From an uncultured cyanobacterium (GTDB lineage Bacteria; Cyanobacteriota; Cyanobacteriia; Cyanobacteriales; Cyanobacteriaceae): a stretch of 64,000 nt of DNA. Where the stretch lies: NCBI GenBank assembly GCA_963710605.1, contig CAVQBA010000004.1, forward strand, positions 1,120,001-1,184,000, written 5' to 3'. Positions 53,101-62,870 of the stretch are shown piece after piece (within the stretch, counting starts at the first letter, position 1; the number at the start of each line of letters is the position of its first letter). A program made the translations under genes and the position numbers. Under the pieces are notes generated by a model. It saw only the letters and a list, made by a program, of their open reading frames with translations, was not told the origin of the DNA and searched no databases.

Positions 53101-53159
53101 ATATTAAGTTTTTATGACAATGTTTACTGTTGTTTATATTACCATTGTCGATTACTCAT

Positions 53160-53588
53160 TTATCTATCACCTATGGCTACAAATTGACTAGCCCCAAAAA
53201 TAGCTTCGTAATGGCGGTAAAACTTAAATTCCATAATATTATGAAAGGGATCTTCTAAAAAAAAAGTTCGATGTTCTGTTATCTTTCCCGCAAACCTTAA
53301 TCTAGCTTCTTCGTATAACGGTAAATCACGATCGTGACATTTATTTAACAAATCTTCCCAATCGGACTCATCAGTAAAAATGATGCCAAAATGACGAGGA
53401 TAAATACCTGATTGCTCGGTTAATTCGTCTTTATCGGTATGCCCTACTAATTGATGCCCGTAAAAATTAAAAATGACGGCGTGTTTATTTTCTCTGCCAA
53501 CTTTTGCACCTAAAACGTCACCGTAATAACGCTTAGCAGTATCAACATCGGTAATAGGTATCGCTAAATGAAAAATGATTTTATCCAT
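53160..53588 (-). CDS. VOC/glyoxalase-family protein
   Basis: FHLAIP, FYGHQLV, PRHFG and DPFHNIMEFK. Confidence 0.85.
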   Translation of the reverse strand: MDKIIFHLAIPITDVDTAKRYYGDVLGAKVGRENKHAVIFNFYGHQLVGHTDKDELTEQSGIYPRHFGIIFTDESDWEDLLNKCHDRDLPLYEEARLRFAGKITEHRTFFLEDPFHNIMEFKFYRHYEAIFGASQFVAIGDR

Positions 53589-53801
53589 AGTTAATGATTA
53601 TAATAATTAATGGTAAACAGTTATCTTAAAAATACTAGTTAATGTTTGACGTTTCAACCACCCATGCTGACTTTTTACAAAGAAAAAAACTATTGTAGTT
53701 AAGCAGAGTCAAAATAAAATTAACCGTTGTAGAAGTATTCTTCATTATCAATTATCAATTATCAATTATCAATTATCAATTATTTAATCTAGGTTTCGAT
53801 C

Positions 53802-54638
53802 GTGAGTAAGACCCAAAAAAAATGGCTTAATTTAACTTTAGTTTATTTATTATTAATTATCATTGCTTTGTTGATGTTGTTTCCGTTATTTTGGTTACTG
53901 GGAACATCATTTAAGTCAGCAGGAGAAGATATTTTTAGTTTTCCGCCTCAGTTTATACCCGAACAATTCACTTTAGAAAATTTTCAATCAGTTTGGCAAA
54001 ATTATCCTTTTGGACGTTATTTGTTTAATAGCTCATTCACTGCTATTTTAACAGTCGGTTTAAATGTTTTATTTTGTGCCTTAGCCGCCTATCCTTTAGC
54101 TAGATTAAATTTTAAAGGTAAAAAAATACTCTTTGCTTTAATTATTGCTACGATCATGATTCCGTTTCAAATTGTGATGATTCCTTTGTATATTTTCGTA
54201 GTTAATTTTGGCTTGAGAAATAGTTATTTAGGAATTATTTTACCAAATCTGGCTTCTGCTTTTGGTATTTTCTTACTCAGACAAGCATTCCAAGGAGTAC
54301 CTAAAGAATTAGAAGAAGCCGCCCGTATTGATGGTTGTAGTGAAATTGGTATTTGGTGGCATATTATGTTACCTGCTATTCGCCCTGCCACGATTACCTT
54401 AGCTATCTTTGTTTTTATTGGGGCGTGGAGTGATTTTCTCTGGCCGTTAATTATTCTCGATCGACCTGAGTATTATACTTTACCTATTGGTGTTGCTTCT
54501 TTAGCTAGTTCTCTTGACCTTAATTGGCGTTTTATTGCCGCAGGTTCTATTATTTCGATCGCTCCTGTTTTATTATTATTTATTATCTTACAAAAATATA
54601 TTATTCCCAGCGATGTCAGTACGGGTGTAAAAGGATGA
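53802..54638 (+). CDS. Carbohydrate ABC transporter permease
   Basis: EAA motif ELEEAARIDG; AWSDFLWP. Confidence 0.9.
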   Translation: MSKTQKKWLNLTLVYLLLIIIALLMLFPLFWLLGTSFKSAGEDIFSFPPQFIPEQFTLENFQSVWQNYPFGRYLFNSSFTAILTVGLNVLFCALAAYPLARLNFKGKKILFALIIATIMIPFQIVMIPLYIFVVNFGLRNSYLGIILPNLASAFGIFLLRQAFQGVPKELEEAARIDGCSEIGIWWHIMLPAIRPATITLAIFVFIGAWSDFLWPLIILDRPEYYTLPIGVASLASSLDLNWRFIAAGSIISIAPVLLLFIILQKYIIPSDVSTGVKG

Positions 54639-54666
54639 ATATTAATTAACAATTAGTAAATTAGTA

Positions 54667-55014
54667 TCACTTTTCCTCTATATTAGAATCCTCAATCAGA
54701 TCGGCAAAACCTGTAAGAGAAATAGGAGACTGATTTGGTAATTCTACCGTCAAATGCAATTTACCCCCCATAGCTTCGATATATCGTTGCAAGGTTGAGA
54801 GTAGCATATCAGAGCTTTTTTCTAAGCGTGATACATTGCCTTGAGACATTTTTAACTCTTTAGAAACTTTAACTTGGGTAAGCCCTACAGCTTGACGTAA
54901 CTTTTGTAAATTTTCATAAGCTTGTATCTTTTCTACCGCACGAGCTTTTATTTTTTCTTGACGCTCTTGGGAAAGTTCATCCCATACTGCTTGTAATAAT
55001 GGCCCTTTTGTCAT
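54667..55014 (-). CDS. XRE-family antitoxin (HigA-like)
   Basis: LRQAVGLTQ..SQGNVSRLEK..LSTLQRYIEAMGG HTH. Confidence 0.85.
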   Translation of the reverse strand: MTKGPLLQAVWDELSQERQEKIKARAVEKIQAYENLQKLRQAVGLTQVKVSKELKMSQGNVSRLEKSSDMLLSTLQRYIEAMGGKLHLTVELPNQSPISLTGFADLIEDSNIEEK

Positions 55015-55373
55015 GACTTTTTCTCTTTTAATTTCTGTAAATGTTGATCAAAACGTCTGTCTGCTTTCTTAATAAGTTGTTTGTAAAATCGTGAACTGCT
55101 CACTCCTGATTTATCCCCTGCAATTAGTAAGATAGCTTGTCTATCTGGGTCAAATGCAAATGCACAACGCCATACACCATTATCGGCATTGAACCTAAGT
55201 TCTTTCATGTTGCTATGCTTCGAGTTTTTTAGTGTGTCCACTGTTGGACGACCAAGAAACGAACCGAATTTTTCCAGCATTTCTAACTCTATCAAGAGTG
55301 CATCTTGTACATTTTCTGAAAACTGAGTAAAATCATCTTTAAAAGATGAATGAAAATCAATAATCCAATTCAT
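55011..55373 (-). CDS. RelE/ParE-family toxin (HigB-like, toxin-first operon)
   Basis: LGRPTVDTLKNSKHSNMKELRF..AFDPDRQAILLIAGDK. Confidence 0.88.
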   Translation of the reverse strand: MNWIIDFHSSFKDDFTQFSENVQDALLIELEMLEKFGSFLGRPTVDTLKNSKHSNMKELRFNADNGVWRCAFAFDPDRQAILLIAGDKSGVSSSRFYKQLIKKADRRFDQHLQKLKEKKS

Positions 55374-55395
55374 CTACTAATTTATCATAAAATAC

Positions 55396-55415
55396 ATATA
55401 TCATTAATGATATAT
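55396..55415. promoter_or_regulatory. Perfect 20-bp palindrome, probable antitoxin operator
   Basis: ATATATCATTAATGATATAT, 23 bp upstream of the toxin ATG. Confidence 0.65.
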
Positions 55416-55551
55416 TCTTCGGTATTTTTCCGCTTGTCATTGTTTAGAAAACAAAAAAAAGAGCGAATGTTACTTCACTCTTAGCAATTACGATCGTCTT
55501 TCTCTAAATTAATTAAGATATCGATCGTACAAATATTTATTGATGATGTAA

Positions 55552-56631
55552 TTAAACAGCTACGGTTGTTTTTTTGGTAGAACTTAATTCACCTTTAGCA
55601 TATTTAGCTGCATATTCATCTAAACCGATTTGTTTGATTTTACTTGCATTACCAGCAGTCCAGAATTGTTGATAACGATCGGCACAAACTTGTTTCATGT
55701 ACTTCATCGAAGGTTTTAGGAAGTGACGAGGATCGAAGTTTGAAGGATCTTTTGTTGCCGCTTCACGGATTGCCGCGGTGATAGCCAAACGGTTATCAGT
55801 ATCGATGTTTACTTTACGAACACCACTTTTGATTCCTTTTTGAATTTCTTCAACAGGTACACCGTAAGTTTCAGGGATGTTACCGCCGTTAGCGTTGATC
55901 ATTTCTAACCATTCTTGAGGTACAGAAGAAGAGCCGTGCATTACTAAGTGAGTATTAGGTAATTTAGCATGAATTTCTTCAATACGACTAATAGCTAAAA
56001 TTTCACCAGTAGGTTTACGGGTAAACTTGTATGCACCGTGACTTGTACCGATCGCAACTGCCAAAGCATCTACTTGAGTACGTTCGACAAATTCAACAGC
56101 TTCTTGAGGATCGGTTAAAAGTTGTTCACGATCTAATTTACCTTCAAAACCATGACCATCTTCAGCTTCACCTTGACCAGTTTCTAATGAACCTAGACAA
56201 CCTAATTCACCTTCTACACTAGCACCAACAGAGTGAGCTACTTCCACAACTTTTGCTGTTACATCGACGTTATAGTCAAAACTAGCAGGTGTTTTAGCAT
56301 CTTCTTCTAAAGAGCCATCCATCATAACGCTAGTAAAACCGTTACGAATAGCAGAATAACAAGTTGCAGGGCTGTTACCATGATCTTGGTGCATTGCAAT
56401 GGGAATATGAGGATAAGTTTCAACTGCCGCTACAATTAAGTGACGAAGAAAGTTTTCACCAGCATATTTACGAGCACCACGAGAAGCTTGTAAGATGACA
56501 GGGCTATCGGTTTCGTTAGCCGCATCCATGATTGCAAGAATCTGCTCTAAGTTGTTTACATTAAATGCAGGAATACCATAATTGTTTTCAGCGGCATGAT
56601 TTAAAAGCAACCGCATTGGTACTAAAGCCAT
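55552..56631 (-). CDS. fbaA: Fructose-bisphosphate aldolase class II
   Basis: [29 protein letters not shown] and KVNIDTD. Confidence 0.97.
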   Translation of the reverse strand: MALVPMRLLLNHAAENNYGIPAFNVNNLEQILAIMDAANETDSPVILQASRGARKYAGENFLRHLIVAAVETYPHIPIAMHQDHGNSPATCYSAIRNGFTSVMMDGSLEEDAKTPASFDYNVDVTAKVVEVAHSVGASVEGELGCLGSLETGQGEAEDGHGFEGKLDREQLLTDPQEAVEFVERTQVDALAVAIGTSHGAYKFTRKPTGEILAISRIEEIHAKLPNTHLVMHGSSSVPQEWLEMINANGGNIPETYGVPVEEIQKGIKSGVRKVNIDTDNRLAITAAIREAATKDPSNFDPRHFLKPSMKYMKQVCADRYQQFWTAGNASKIKQIGLDEYAAKYAKGELSSTKKTTVAV

Positions 56632-56894
56632 ATATATCCTCCTGATATTTTATTTTAATTATTTTAGAATTTTCGTATTTAAAGAATCTTAACTCATTTA
56701 GGGGCAGTTAACAATGGACAAGAAACAATTTATCATTTAAAATTGTATTCTTTTTTTTATTTTTGTCACTATCTATGGTCATATTTTAATTATAGTGACG
56801 ATTGTAAATACTCAATCTTCAGAATACAAACTAAATCATTGACCAACGATTATTATTTTCTTCATTGGACTGAGTTAATATTAATGATGTCTAT

Positions 56895-57404
56895 TTATTT
56901 AGGAACAAATCGATAACGACGATTAGCTTTTAATTCTGCCTCTTGTCTTGATTCTGCCCAGATTGTTAATTGCTCACGAGTTAAAATTTGTCTCATTTCT
57001 AAAGTGGCGTCAAAACGTACATTTTGTATTTTTTCGCTTAATTGCCAGACATTTTGTTGTTGATTTCTTAATTGAGATTCTGATGCGTTGTCTTGCATCA
57101 TCTTACGTAGTTGTGTTTGTTCGTTACGTAATTGTTTTCTCAAATTAAGTATCTCTGGGCGATATTTAGTTTGAATGTTTTGCCATTTTTGTTTTTGGCT
57201 ATTACTTAAATCTAATTTATCAAAAAATCTTTTTTCTTTAATACTTTCATCTGCTAGTATTTCGACAAAACTATTATCGATATTTGTTGAATTTAATAAT
57301 GATTGCTCAACATCAGGTATATTCTCGACAGCCAAAGTATTTGTGCTAATACCAACTGTTGCTAATAGTGTGGTAATTGCAATGACAGTAACTTTTTTTT
57401 TCAT
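56895..57404 (-). CDS. Spy/CpxP-family periplasmic protein
   Basis: Signal peptide; LDLSNSQ and ILTREQ LTxxQ-type motifs. Confidence 0.8.
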   Translation of the reverse strand: MKKKVTVIAITTLLATVGISTNTLAVENIPDVEQSLLNSTNIDNSFVEILADESIKEKRFFDKLDLSNSQKQKWQNIQTKYRPEILNLRKQLRNEQTQLRKMMQDNASESQLRNQQQNVWQLSEKIQNVRFDATLEMRQILTREQLTIWAESRQEAELKANRRYRFVPK

Positions 57405-57557
57405 TATTTAAGTTTAGATATTTAATTGAACTTTATAACTGGGTTAATACTTTGCTAGAAAAACTACTAATCATAGCTATAGCAACTACTCCAAAACTAT
57501 CAGTTAATTTTTTTAAAAAAATTAATTGTTTGTTATTTATTTTTCCAACTACGACGA

Positions 57558-58067
57558 TTATCCATCGCTTCTGAAAGATTCTTGTCTTTGTTGAGTAGTT
57601 AAAACTTCTCTCATTTCTAACATCGCTTCAAAATGTTGATTGCGCATTTTTTGGCTTATTTGTAAAACATTTTTATGTTGATTTCTTAATTGAGATTCTG
57701 ATGTATCAGTTTCCATCATTTGACCTAATTTCTCTTTTTCTACTCGCATCTCTTGTCTCAAAGTTTGGATTTGCGGTTGATATTTATCCCGAATATTTTT
57801 CATTTGCTCCTGCTGAGACGTGCTAAGATTCAATTTTTCAAAAATATTTTTTTCCTTTTTAAAATCGTTATCATCTCTATTTTTTTGAGTAATAACCTTT
57901 TGTGAGGTATTAACATTCGTTGTTTTTTCGGTTGAGGAAAATTGATTAGAAGCAAAAACATTACCGGCAATAAAGCCAATACTAATCACACCCGCAGTCA
58001 TAACAAATAAATTGGTAACTTTTTTCATCTTGTTTATTTTTTTATTAACTAATTTTGACACAACCAA
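57558..58067 (-). CDS. Spy/CpxP-family periplasmic protein (possible +1 frameshift in the last codons)
   Basis: LNLSTSQQ and VLTTQQRQ; the alternative frame continues LSEAMDNRRSWK. Confidence 0.8.
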   Translation of the reverse strand: MVVSKLVNKKINKMKKVTNLFVMTAGVISIGFIAGNVFASNQFSSTEKTTNVNTSQKVITQKNRDDNDFKKEKNIFEKLNLSTSQQEQMKNIRDKYQPQIQTLRQEMRVEKEKLGQMMETDTSESQLRNQHKNVLQISQKMRNQHFEAMLEMREVLTTQQRQESFRSDG

Positions 58068-58124
58068 TAATTAATTTTTAGAAAGCTTTCTTTTTTCATT
58101 TTAAGCCTAATTTCATCACGAAAA

Positions 58125-58520
58125 TTAGTCACTAGTTACAACTAAATAAAGAGAATCTTGTTGTTCATTACTAATCACCTGCTCGTTCGGAATTACGATC
58201 GAATCTTGCCAACTATTAACCATAAAAGTATGTATATCTTCTTCATAATCTACAACTATTTGGGGTGATAATTTCTGTTGCCATAAATGATTAAAAACCA
58301 TGATCAAACTAGAAACCAATGTAATTGGTAATAACCAAAACAATTGTTTAGCTTGGCGTTTTTTCACCTTAGCGTGTGGCTCAATATTAGAAGCGGTAAT
58401 ACTTCTCATGATCAAATCTTCACAGGGTTTTGTTTCTGATGGTGGTAAAGAAGAATAAGTTTGTAAAAAATTAACTAATCCATCATCTGAACAATTATTT
58501 TCTGAATCAAATTCTTTCAT
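58125..58520 (-). CDS. Putative anti-sigma factor (single TM)
   Basis: Overlaps the sigma gene stop; LVNFL...PP..ED.IM plus a TM helix. Confidence 0.6.
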   Translation of the reverse strand: MKEFDSENNCSDDGLVNFLQTYSSLPPSETKPCEDLIMRSITASNIEPHAKVKKRQAKQLFWLLPITLVSSLIMVFNHLWQQKLSPQIVVDYEEDIHTFMVNSWQDSIVIPNEQVISNEQQDSLYLVVTSD

Positions 58521-59113
58521 ATAGTAATACCTTCACTTTCTAAATAACTACGTAAATTTTTTCGTGCTTGAGATAGTCGAGACTTAACAGTACCTACAGG
58601 AATAGATAAAATATCAGCTACTTCTTTTTGTTGTAAATCTTCTAAATCGTGCAAAACGATTACCACCCGATGATCTAAACTTAAGTTTTGTAAAGCTTTA
58701 TTGACTAAATCTTCGTAATGTAAACGGTTTAATCCTTTATTTATATCCTGACTAGATTTAGCTAAATCATATTCTAAAGACTGTTTTGCCTGATTAATTC
58801 GAGCTGAGCGTCGTTGGTGAGCTTTTTTATTAGCTAAACCTTGATCGCAAGCTACATTCCAACAGATACGATAAAGCCAAGTAGAAAAATAATCAGGATT
58901 TCTTAATTTAGGTAATGATTTCCAAACTTTGAAAAAAACTTCTTGTTGCAAATCATCAAGTAAATCTTGACCGCATAGTTTATAAAGAGTTGCTCTTACT
59001 TTATGCTGATAACGTTGGTATAGTAAACGAAAATAGCTTGTATCTCCTAACTGACATTTTTTGACTAACTGAGTGTCTGTCATTTGAGAATTTTCATCAG
59101 CTAACACTTTCAT
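58517..59113 (-). CDS. ECF-type RNA polymerase sigma factor
   Basis: DDLQQEVF, FSTWLYRI and IPVGTVKSRL. Confidence 0.92.
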   Translation of the reverse strand: MKVLADENSQMTDTQLVKKCQLGDTSYFRLLYQRYQHKVRATLYKLCGQDLLDDLQQEVFFKVWKSLPKLRNPDYFSTWLYRICWNVACDQGLANKKAHQRRSARINQAKQSLEYDLAKSSQDINKGLNRLHYEDLVNKALQNLSLDHRVVIVLHDLEDLQQKEVADILSIPVGTVKSRLSQARKNLRSYLESEGITI

Positions 59114-59146
59114 TTTATAGATTATTTATTGGTGGTTGCTATTTTT

Positions 59147-59173
59147 TAGACCGTATTTTTAATCAAAAAGTTC
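59147..59173 (-). promoter_or_regulatory. ECF-type promoter upstream of the sigma gene
   Basis: Minus strand GAACTT-N16-GTCTA. Confidence 0.6.
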
Positions 59174-59349
59174 ATTAATTGATCTAAATAGTCGATTGTG
59201 AAAAATCTGATAGGGAAAAAAGAAACATTAATTTTAGGCACTTTCACCGTTTTCTAAAAATTATATCTTGGGTTTTGATGGACAAAAAAATGAGATGATA
59301 GAAATCATTGTTAACGATCGAATAATCTGTAGTTGTATCAGTCAATAGT

Positions 59350-60045
59350 ATGAAAGTTATTTTAATCAGTGGTGCAAGTAGAGGAATCGGGCGAAAAATA
59401 GCTGAGCATTTAATCACACAAAACTATTGTTTAAGTTTGGGAGTAAGAGATAGTAATTCTCTAGACGACGACGATGATAGTGTCTTAAGTAATCATCCTC
59501 ATGTTTTAATTCATCATTACGAGGCGACAGATAAACAATCCCATATTCAATGGATAAAAGCAACAATCGATCGATTCGATCGAATTGATGGTGTAATTAA
59601 TTGTGCTGGAATACTCAGTCGTTTACAATTTACCGAGGATAATGAAGACGAATTAGATAAGCTGTGGGAAATAAATGTAAAAGCACCTTGGCGGTTAACA
59701 AGAGAAGCATTTCCTTATCTAAAAAAATCAGGAGAAGGAAGAGTAATTAATTTAGTTTCTATGTCGGGTAAAAGAGTAAAAGGCATTTTAGCCGGTTATA
59801 GTGCCAGTAAATTTGCCTTTCTAGCATTACATCAAAGTATGCGTAACATTGGTTGGGATGATGGCATTAGAGTAACAGCTATTTGTCCTAGTTTTGTTAA
59901 CACTGATATGGCAAAAGGAGTCAGTCTTTCTCCAGATAAAATGACTCAACCAGAAGACATAGCCTCGATCGTTGCTATGATTTTACGTTTACCCAATACT
60001 GCTTACATAGACGAAATTTTAATCAATTTTCAGCTCGAAAAATAA
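59350..60045 (+). CDS. SDR-family oxidoreductase
   Basis: SGASRGIG, NCAG and YSASK. Confidence 0.9.
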   Translation: MKVILISGASRGIGRKIAEHLITQNYCLSLGVRDSNSLDDDDDSVLSNHPHVLIHHYEATDKQSHIQWIKATIDRFDRIDGVINCAGILSRLQFTEDNEDELDKLWEINVKAPWRLTREAFPYLKKSGEGRVINLVSMSGKRVKGILAGYSASKFAFLALHQSMRNIGWDDGIRVTAICPSFVNTDMAKGVSLSPDKMTQPEDIASIVAMILRLPNTAYIDEILINFQLEK

Positions 60046-60311
60046 TCTAGTTTCAAATCGATCGATATTAACTAATACCATATTCTAGAAAGAAAAAGAC
60101 AGATTAATGATAAGTAAATCTAGAGTACTTACAACTAACTTTAGCAAGATTGAATAGAAATGGTATAACAAGACGTAATTAGTTGACAGTTAACAAGCAA
60201 TTCCCACCGAATAATTGCGGACAGTGCAAGAATTCAGATGAATTCTCAATTCTCAATTCTCACCGAAGACGTGCTTCGATAAGGGATTCATCTCAATTAT
60301 TTCCTACCCCC

Positions 60312-60340
60312 TTGTCATTCTAAATTTTCCAAGTTAGAAT
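60312..60340 (+). promoter_or_regulatory. Sigma70-like promoter
   Basis: TTGTCA-N17-TAGAAT. Confidence 0.5.
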
Positions 60341-60399
60341 AAGGATGTACGCAATAAAAACATTATAAATACCGTTCAGGAATAAAGGAGGTGATGCCC

Positions 60400-60474
60400 A
60401 TGATAGATAGTAGCAGTAGTATCAGTTATAACGTAGTGGGTTCCCTTAATTCTTTTAACTCAGCTGTGTGCTGA
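60400..60474 (+). other. Putative 24-aa microprotein or dual-function small RNA
   Basis: AAGGAGGTGA Shine-Dalgarno followed by MIDSSSSISYNVVGSLNSFNSAVC*, lying between a promoter and a terminator. Confidence 0.45.
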
Positions 60475-60618
60475 AGCTGTTTAGAAAGTTTATCAGAGTA
60501 GATATTAAAGATTAAAATATATTAATCAAGTATTCATTCTAATATACCAAAAATTCCTTTCAGCAGTTAGAGGTTAAAAGATGAGGAAAACCTACATCAA
60601 CTTAACTCTTACAAAATT

Positions 60619-60665
60619 AAAGACCTCAGATAGTTAGTCAAAGTACTTCTATTTGAGGTCTTTTT
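60619..60665 (+). terminator. Intrinsic terminator
   Basis: AAAGACCTCA...TGAGGTCTTTTT. Confidence 0.6.
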
Positions 60666-61060
60666 ATTGTTGAAAAATAAGAGTTAATATTTGGCGATAA
60701 GTTCGATCGTTTTGAAGACACGGCGCTGCGCGATCGTAATTAGTTTTTTGATTTTGATTGTAATCGGATATTCACAGTCAATGACGATTAGTAAAAGTTG
60801 ACTCCCAGATAGAGAAATAGATGGGCTAGTTTGAAAGGTATTTAAAGATAAAATCAGTCAAATTGTCTAAAAAGTAAAATGCTTGTAATAATGGCAGACA
60901 AAGGATTTTAGTGATATTCCATAAAAAAAGTCATTGTAAATTAATAAAATTGACATTTTTAGTACACATCTTTATAAATTCATGTTAATATTGTTTTCAA
61001 GAGGAAAGTTATTAACCTAATTTTAAACTCTTAAATTAAATGTGAAAATCCTTAAATAAG

Positions 61061-61069
61061 GTGTGAGGA
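61061..61069 (+). promoter_or_regulatory. Putative Yfr1 sRNA target site in the porin 5' UTR
   Basis: GTGTGAGGA, complementary to the Yfr1 motif ACUCCUCACAC, 10 nt before the ATG. Confidence 0.6.
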
Positions 61070-61079
61070 CGCTAAAAAA

Positions 61080-62699
61080 ATGAAAAAGAATTTTTGGCAA
61101 TTAGTTAAAGTAGCTCCAGCATTAGTTGGTGTAAGTATGTTAGCCGTATCTCCAGCACAAGCTGATGATACACAGATTATTAATCAATTAGATAATTACA
61201 GTGCAGAAGGTTTTGTCTCTACACAAGATCAAGTAACTAGCGTATCTCAACTAAGAGACGTTTCTCCTACAGACTGGGCTTACGAAGCATTAAGAAGTTT
61301 GGTAGAGCGTTACGGTTGTATCGTTGGTTATCCCGATCGTACCTTCCGTGGTAACCGTGCCTTAAGTCGTTACGAATTTGCCGCAGGTTTAAACGCTTGT
61401 ATGCAACAAATGGAACGTTTAATCGCAGGTAGCGAATCAGTATTAAGAGAAGACGTTGCTAAATTACAACGTTTGGTTTCAGAATTTGAAGCAGAATTAG
61501 CCGCTTTAGGTGCAAGAGTTGATAACTTAGAAGGTAGAGTTGCTTTCTTAGAAGATCACCAATTCTCTACAACCACCAAATTACAAGGGGAAGTAATTCT
61601 AGCTTTAACTCAAGAATTTTTAAACGACGGTAACCAAGCAGTATTACAAGATCGTGTTCGTTTAGCCTTAAATACTAGTTTCACTGGAAAAGATACTTTA
61701 ATCACCAGATTACAAGCAGGAAACGCTCAAGCTTTTAATCTTGATGATAGAAATTCCGAAACAGGTAGCTCACCTCTAACTACCCTAGCTCAAAACGTCG
61801 ATTTGACCTTCACAGGTGGTAATGATGTCTCGATCGACTGGATTGCTTACTATACTCCTATAAGTATAGGTGAAAATAGCGAAGTTCAAGTCTATCTAGC
61901 TGGTTTTAATGGTATTCATAGTGACTACGCTCCTACATTAAATCCTTACTTTGAAGATTTTGACGGTGGTAACGGTGCGATCAGTACTTTTGCAACAGAA
62001 AGTCCTATTTATCGGATTGGTTTTGGTTCTGGTCTTGGTTTAGGTTACGAGTTTGAATTCCTTGGTGGTAGAACATTTAATGTTAGTGCTGGTTATTTAG
62101 CATCTACAGCCGAAAATCCTAACGACGGTAATGGTTTATTCAATGGTGATTATGCCGCTTTAGGTCAAATTAGTACCGAGATTGTTGACGGTATTTCTTT
62201 AGGTCTTACTTACGTTCACTCTTATAACCAAAATACTCCTATCTTTAGTGGTATTGTTGGTACTGAAGGGGCTAACTTTGGTTTCAATGATGGCAATATA
62301 TTCGATGGTAAAACAAAATCTAACACCTATGGTGCACAAGTTGCCTGGCGTTTAAGTGACAGAATTAGCTTAAGTGGTTTCTTCAGTTATAGTGATATTG
62401 ATTTAATCGGTGAAGGTGACGACGAAGTTTGGAGTTATGGTGGTGGGGTTGCTTTCCCTGACTTTGGGAAAGAAGGTAGCGTACTCGGTATCTTCGGTGG
62501 TGTACAACCTTATAGTGGTAACTTAATTGGAAGTAACCGTAATACTGATTTACCTATTCACGTAGAAGCATTCTACAAATATCAATTAACTGATAATATC
62601 TCTATTACTCCTGGTGTCGTTTGGATTACTTCTCCAGAGCAACGTGATGATACAGAAGATGCTCTTATTGGTACTCTTAGAACAACTTTCACATTCTAA
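61080..62699 (+). CDS. Cyanobacterial outer-membrane porin (SLH + OprB-like, SomA/B type)
   Basis: VTSVSQLRDVSPTDWAYEAL..YPDRTFRG..RYEFAAGL, FSTTTKL and C-terminal LRTTFTF. Confidence 0.93.
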   Translation: MKKNFWQLVKVAPALVGVSMLAVSPAQADDTQIINQLDNYSAEGFVSTQDQVTSVSQLRDVSPTDWAYEALRSLVERYGCIVGYPDRTFRGNRALSRYEFAAGLNACMQQMERLIAGSESVLREDVAKLQRLVSEFEAELAALGARVDNLEGRVAFLEDHQFSTTTKLQGEVILALTQEFLNDGNQAVLQDRVRLALNTSFTGKDTLITRLQAGNAQAFNLDDRNSETGSSPLTTLAQNVDLTFTGGNDVSIDWIAYYTPISIGENSEVQVYLAGFNGIHSDYAPTLNPYFEDFDGGNGAISTFATESPIYRIGFGSGLGLGYEFEFLGGRTFNVSAGYLASTAENPNDGNGLFNGDYAALGQISTEIVDGISLGLTYVHSYNQNTPIFSGIVGTEGANFGFNDGNIFDGKTKSNTYGAQVAWRLSDRISLSGFFSYSDIDLIGEGDDEVWSYGGGVAFPDFGKEGSVLGIFGGVQPYSGNLIGSNRNTDLPIHVEAFYKYQLTDNISITPGVVWITSPEQRDDTEDALIGTLRTTFTF

Positions 62700-62771
62700 G
62701 TTAATCTAATTAATATTAGTATTTAGACCGAAATTTGATTAAATAGTTAAGATAATTAATTATTTAATCTT

Positions 62772-62806
62772 AAACCCTTATTTGTTAATTCAAGTAAGGG
62801 TTTTTT
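62772..62806 (+). terminator. Intrinsic terminator after the porin gene
   Basis: AAACCCTTA...TAAGGGTTTTTT. Confidence 0.65.
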
Positions 62807-62870
62807 GTATTGAGTAATAATGATCAAGTTACCAAGCTAAAATAAAAATTAATACGTACAGATTAGTTAT

